A stretch of 64,000 nt of DNA, taken from contig CAYZJP010000006.1 of the NCBI GenBank assembly GCA_964478755.1, positions 5,350-69,349 on the forward strand. The letters are read 5' to 3'. The DNA comes from an uncultured Klebsiella sp. GTDB lineage: Bacteria > Verrucomicrobiota > Verrucomicrobiia > Limisphaerales > SXTU01. Shown in pieces: positions 61,877 through 64,000 of the stretch. The number at the start of each line of letters is the position of its first letter. Position 1 is the stretch's first letter. A program made the translations under genes and the position numbers. The notes beneath the pieces were generated by a model that did no database searches, was not told the origin of the DNA, and saw only the letters and a list, made by a program, of their open reading frames with translations.

Positions 61877-64000
61877 GTGCCTTTGAATGCGCAGCCATTC
61901 GTTCCGCCCCAGCGTCGCCGGGGCCAGCGTCGCGCACTGCTCCTGTCCCTCCTGCTCGCGGGACCGGGCTTCGCCGCCGAGTCCGCGCGCCCGGTCAGCT
62001 TCGTGAACGACGTGGTTCCCATGTTGACGAAGGCGGGCTGCAACTCGGGCGCCTGCCACGCGAAGGCGGGCATGGGTCAGAATGGATTTCAACTCTCGCT
62101 GCTCGGCTTCGAACCCCAGGAGGACTACGAGCATTTGGTCAAGGAGGCGCGGGGCCGCCGCGTGTTCGCCGCGTCGCCGGAGCAGAGTTTGTTTCTGATG
62201 AAGGCCTCCAACCGCCTGCCGCATGGTGGCGGGCAGCGGCTCGACCCGGATTCGGAAGGCTACCGGCTGTTGCGAGCCTGGCTCCAGCAGGGCACGCCGT
62301 ATGACAAGGATTCTGCGCCCAAACTCGTGTCGCTCGACGTGCAGCCGCCGCGCAAGACACTCAAGGTCAAAAGCGAGCAGCAGCTCAAGGTCACGGCGCG
62401 CTACGCCGACGGCCGCACGCGCGATGTCACGGCGGTCGCCCTCTATGAGGCCAACGACCGCGCGATGGCCGACGCCACCGAGTCCGGCCGCGTGAAGATT
62501 TATGACATCCCCGGCAACGTGGCGGTGATGGTGCGCTACCAAGGGTTGGCCGCCGTCTGCAATGTCTCCATTCCTCTTGGCGCGCCGGTGAAGCATCTGC
62601 CGCCGAACAAGAACTTCATTGACCAGTTTGTCTTCGCGAACTTGAAGCTCATCGGCGTGCCGCCCTCGCCGGTGTGTGACGACGCCACGTTCATTCGCCG
62701 CGTCTCGCTCGACATCGCGGGGCGTTTGCCGACGGTGAAGGAGGCCGAGCTGTTTCTCGCCAGCACCGACCCGGCGAAGCGCGACAAGCTGGTGGACGCG
62801 CTGCTCACCAGCCCGGACTACGCGGACTTCTTCGCGAACAAGTGGACGGCGCTGCTGAAGAACAAGCGCGACGACGCCAACGACATCACCGCGAACTTCG
62901 CCTTTCACTCGTGGGTGCGCGACAGCCTGCTGGCGAACAAGCCTTACGACCAGATGGTGCGCCAGCTTCTCGCGGCCACCGGCACCATCGCGGGCAATCC
63001 GCCCGTGGCCTGGTATAAGCGCGTGAAGCAGCCGACCGAGCAGCTCGAGGACGTGGCACAGCTTTTCCTCGGGGTGCGGATGCAGTGCGCGCAATGCCAC
63101 GACCATCCCTTCGAGCGCTGGAGCCAGCACGACTACTACAGCATGTCGGCGTTCTTCAGCCAGATCGGCCGCAAGCCCACGGCGACGGCGGGCGAGGATG
63201 TCATCTTTCACAAACGCGGCGTTGCGCAGACCGAGAACAAGAAAACCAGGCAGCCTGTGAAGCCCGCCGGCCTCGGCGAGCCGGCACTGGAAATTCCGCC
63301 TGACGAAGACCCGCGCCTGCGCCTCGCCGATTGGATGGGCAACAAAAGCAATCCATTCTTCGCGAAGGCGCTCGTGAACCGCTATTGGAAACACTTCTTC
63401 AAGCGCGGCCTCATCGAGCCGGAGGACGACATCCGCGACACGAACCCGCCGTCGAACCCCGAGCTGCTCGACGCGCTGGCGAGGCATTTCATCGAGAGCG
63501 GCTACGACTTGAAGGCCGTCGTGCGCGTCATCACGCAGTCGTCCACCTACCAGCTCAGCTCGGTGCCGAACCAGCACAACGGCGTGGACCGGCAAAACTT
63601 CTCGCACTTCTATCCGCGCCGGATGCAGGCCGAGGTGCTGCTCGATTCGATTGACCAGTTCACCGGCGCGCGCACGGACTTCGCGGACCTGCCGCCCGGC
63701 ACGCGCGCGATTGCGCTGCCGGACAACAGTTACAATCGCGGTTCAGCCTTCCTGAAAGTCTTCGGCCGTCCCGAGGGCGCGAGCGTCTGCGAGTGTGAGC
63801 GCGCCTCCTCCGCGAGCCTCGCGCAGAGCCTGCACCTGATGAACGCAAGCGACGTGAAGGCCAAGCTCGCCACGAGCGGTGGCCGTGCTGACACGCTCGT
63901 GAAAAGCGACAAGCCTGAACCGGAAAAAATCCGCGAGTTGTATCTCGCCGCCTTCGCGCGCGAGCCGCAGTCGCACGAGCAGTCCGTCGCGGAAGAATAT
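61877..64000 (+). CDS. DUF1549/DUF1553 protein with N-terminal Cys motif and Ig-like domain (3' partial, runs off the window)
   Basis: My own translation of the plus strand (this frame is not in the ORF track because it has no stop in the window) gives: signal-like LLLSLLLAGPGFAA, KAGCNSGACHAKAGMGQNGFQLSLLGF, RRVSLDIAGRLPT, CAQCHDHPFERW and NRYWKHFFKRGLIEP. Start provisionally placed at the GTG at 61877. Confidence 0.75.
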   Translation, partial: MPLNAQPFVPPQRRRGQRRALLLSLLLAGPGFAAESARPVSFVNDVVPMLTKAGCNSGACHAKAGMGQNGFQLSLLGFEPQEDYEHLVKEARGRRVFAASPEQSLFLMKASNRLPHGGGQRLDPDSEGYRLLRAWLQQGTPYDKDSAPKLVSLDVQPPRKTLKVKSEQQLKVTARYADGRTRDVTAVALYEANDRAMADATESGRVKIYDIPGNVAVMVRYQGLAAVCNVSIPLGAPVKHLPPNKNFIDQFVFANLKLIGVPPSPVCDDATFIRRVSLDIAGRLPTVKEAELFLASTDPAKRDKLVDALLTSPDYADFFANKWTALLKNKRDDANDITANFAFHSWVRDSLLANKPYDQMVRQLLAATGTIAGNPPVAWYKRVKQPTEQLEDVAQLFLGVRMQCAQCHDHPFERWSQHDYYSMSAFFSQIGRKPTATAGEDVIFHKRGVAQTENKKTRQPVKPAGLGEPALEIPPDEDPRLRLADWMGNKSNPFFAKALVNRYWKHFFKRGLIEPEDDIRDTNPPSNPELLDALARHFIESGYDLKAVVRVITQSSTYQLSSVPNQHNGVDRQNFSHFYPRRMQAEVLLDSIDQFTGARTDFADLPPGTRAIALPDNSYNRGSAFLKVFGRPEGASVCECERASSASLAQSLHLMNASDVKAKLATSGGRADTLVKSDKPEPEKIRELYLAAFAREPQSHEQSVAEEY

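Overview
GC-rich bacterial chromosome segment. The right-hand genes (DUF1549/DUF1553 proteins, DUF1501, an orphan MacB-type permease) are typical of the PVC group (Verrucomicrobiota/Planctomycetota). I saw no rRNA, tRNA, CRISPR array, transposase or integrase. Positions ~124-50627 form one co-directional minus-strand glycan (O-antigen/capsule-type) super-locus. It contains wzm/wzt ABC export, rfbA/rfbB, and a CDP-3,6-dideoxyhexose set (rfbF/G/H) followed by an SDR and a TPP-dependent YerE-like enzyme. It also has a DegT aminotransferase with two hexapeptide acetyltransferases, about 10 glycosyltransferases, 7 intact and 2 decayed methyltransferases, and 2 AT3 acyltransferases. Further members are 2 membrane-anchored SGNH proteins, 2 AsnB-type amidotransferases, 2 carbamoyltransferases, a Wzy-like membrane protein and a terminal MsbA/PglK-like exporter. 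To the right lie a GbsR/MarR regulator, a secreted SGNH esterase, a hicBA module, a SWIM-SNF2 helicase and PVC-type DUF1549/1553-DUF1501 genes. Four signals stand out. (1) A carbamoyltransferase-SxtJ-SxtK module is split by three modifier-gene cassettes. Each cassette is bounded by detached copies of the carbamoyltransferase 3' end and/or the sxtJ 5' end, including an in-frame chimera, and their divergence is mostly silent. (2) The same signature appears at hicBA, which is flanked by two copies of the last 21 codons of the SNF2 gene. (3) A G15-containing, about 85-nt G-run tract lies inside a GT4 gene, and a G8 frameshift splits a methyltransferase. (4) A yersiniose-like branched-sugar pathway has no E3 reductase in the window. 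Many long ORFs in the track are antisense shadow ORFs of this GC-rich DNA and were rejected. Several gene starts were trimmed from the ORF track by hand and remain uncertain by a few codons.
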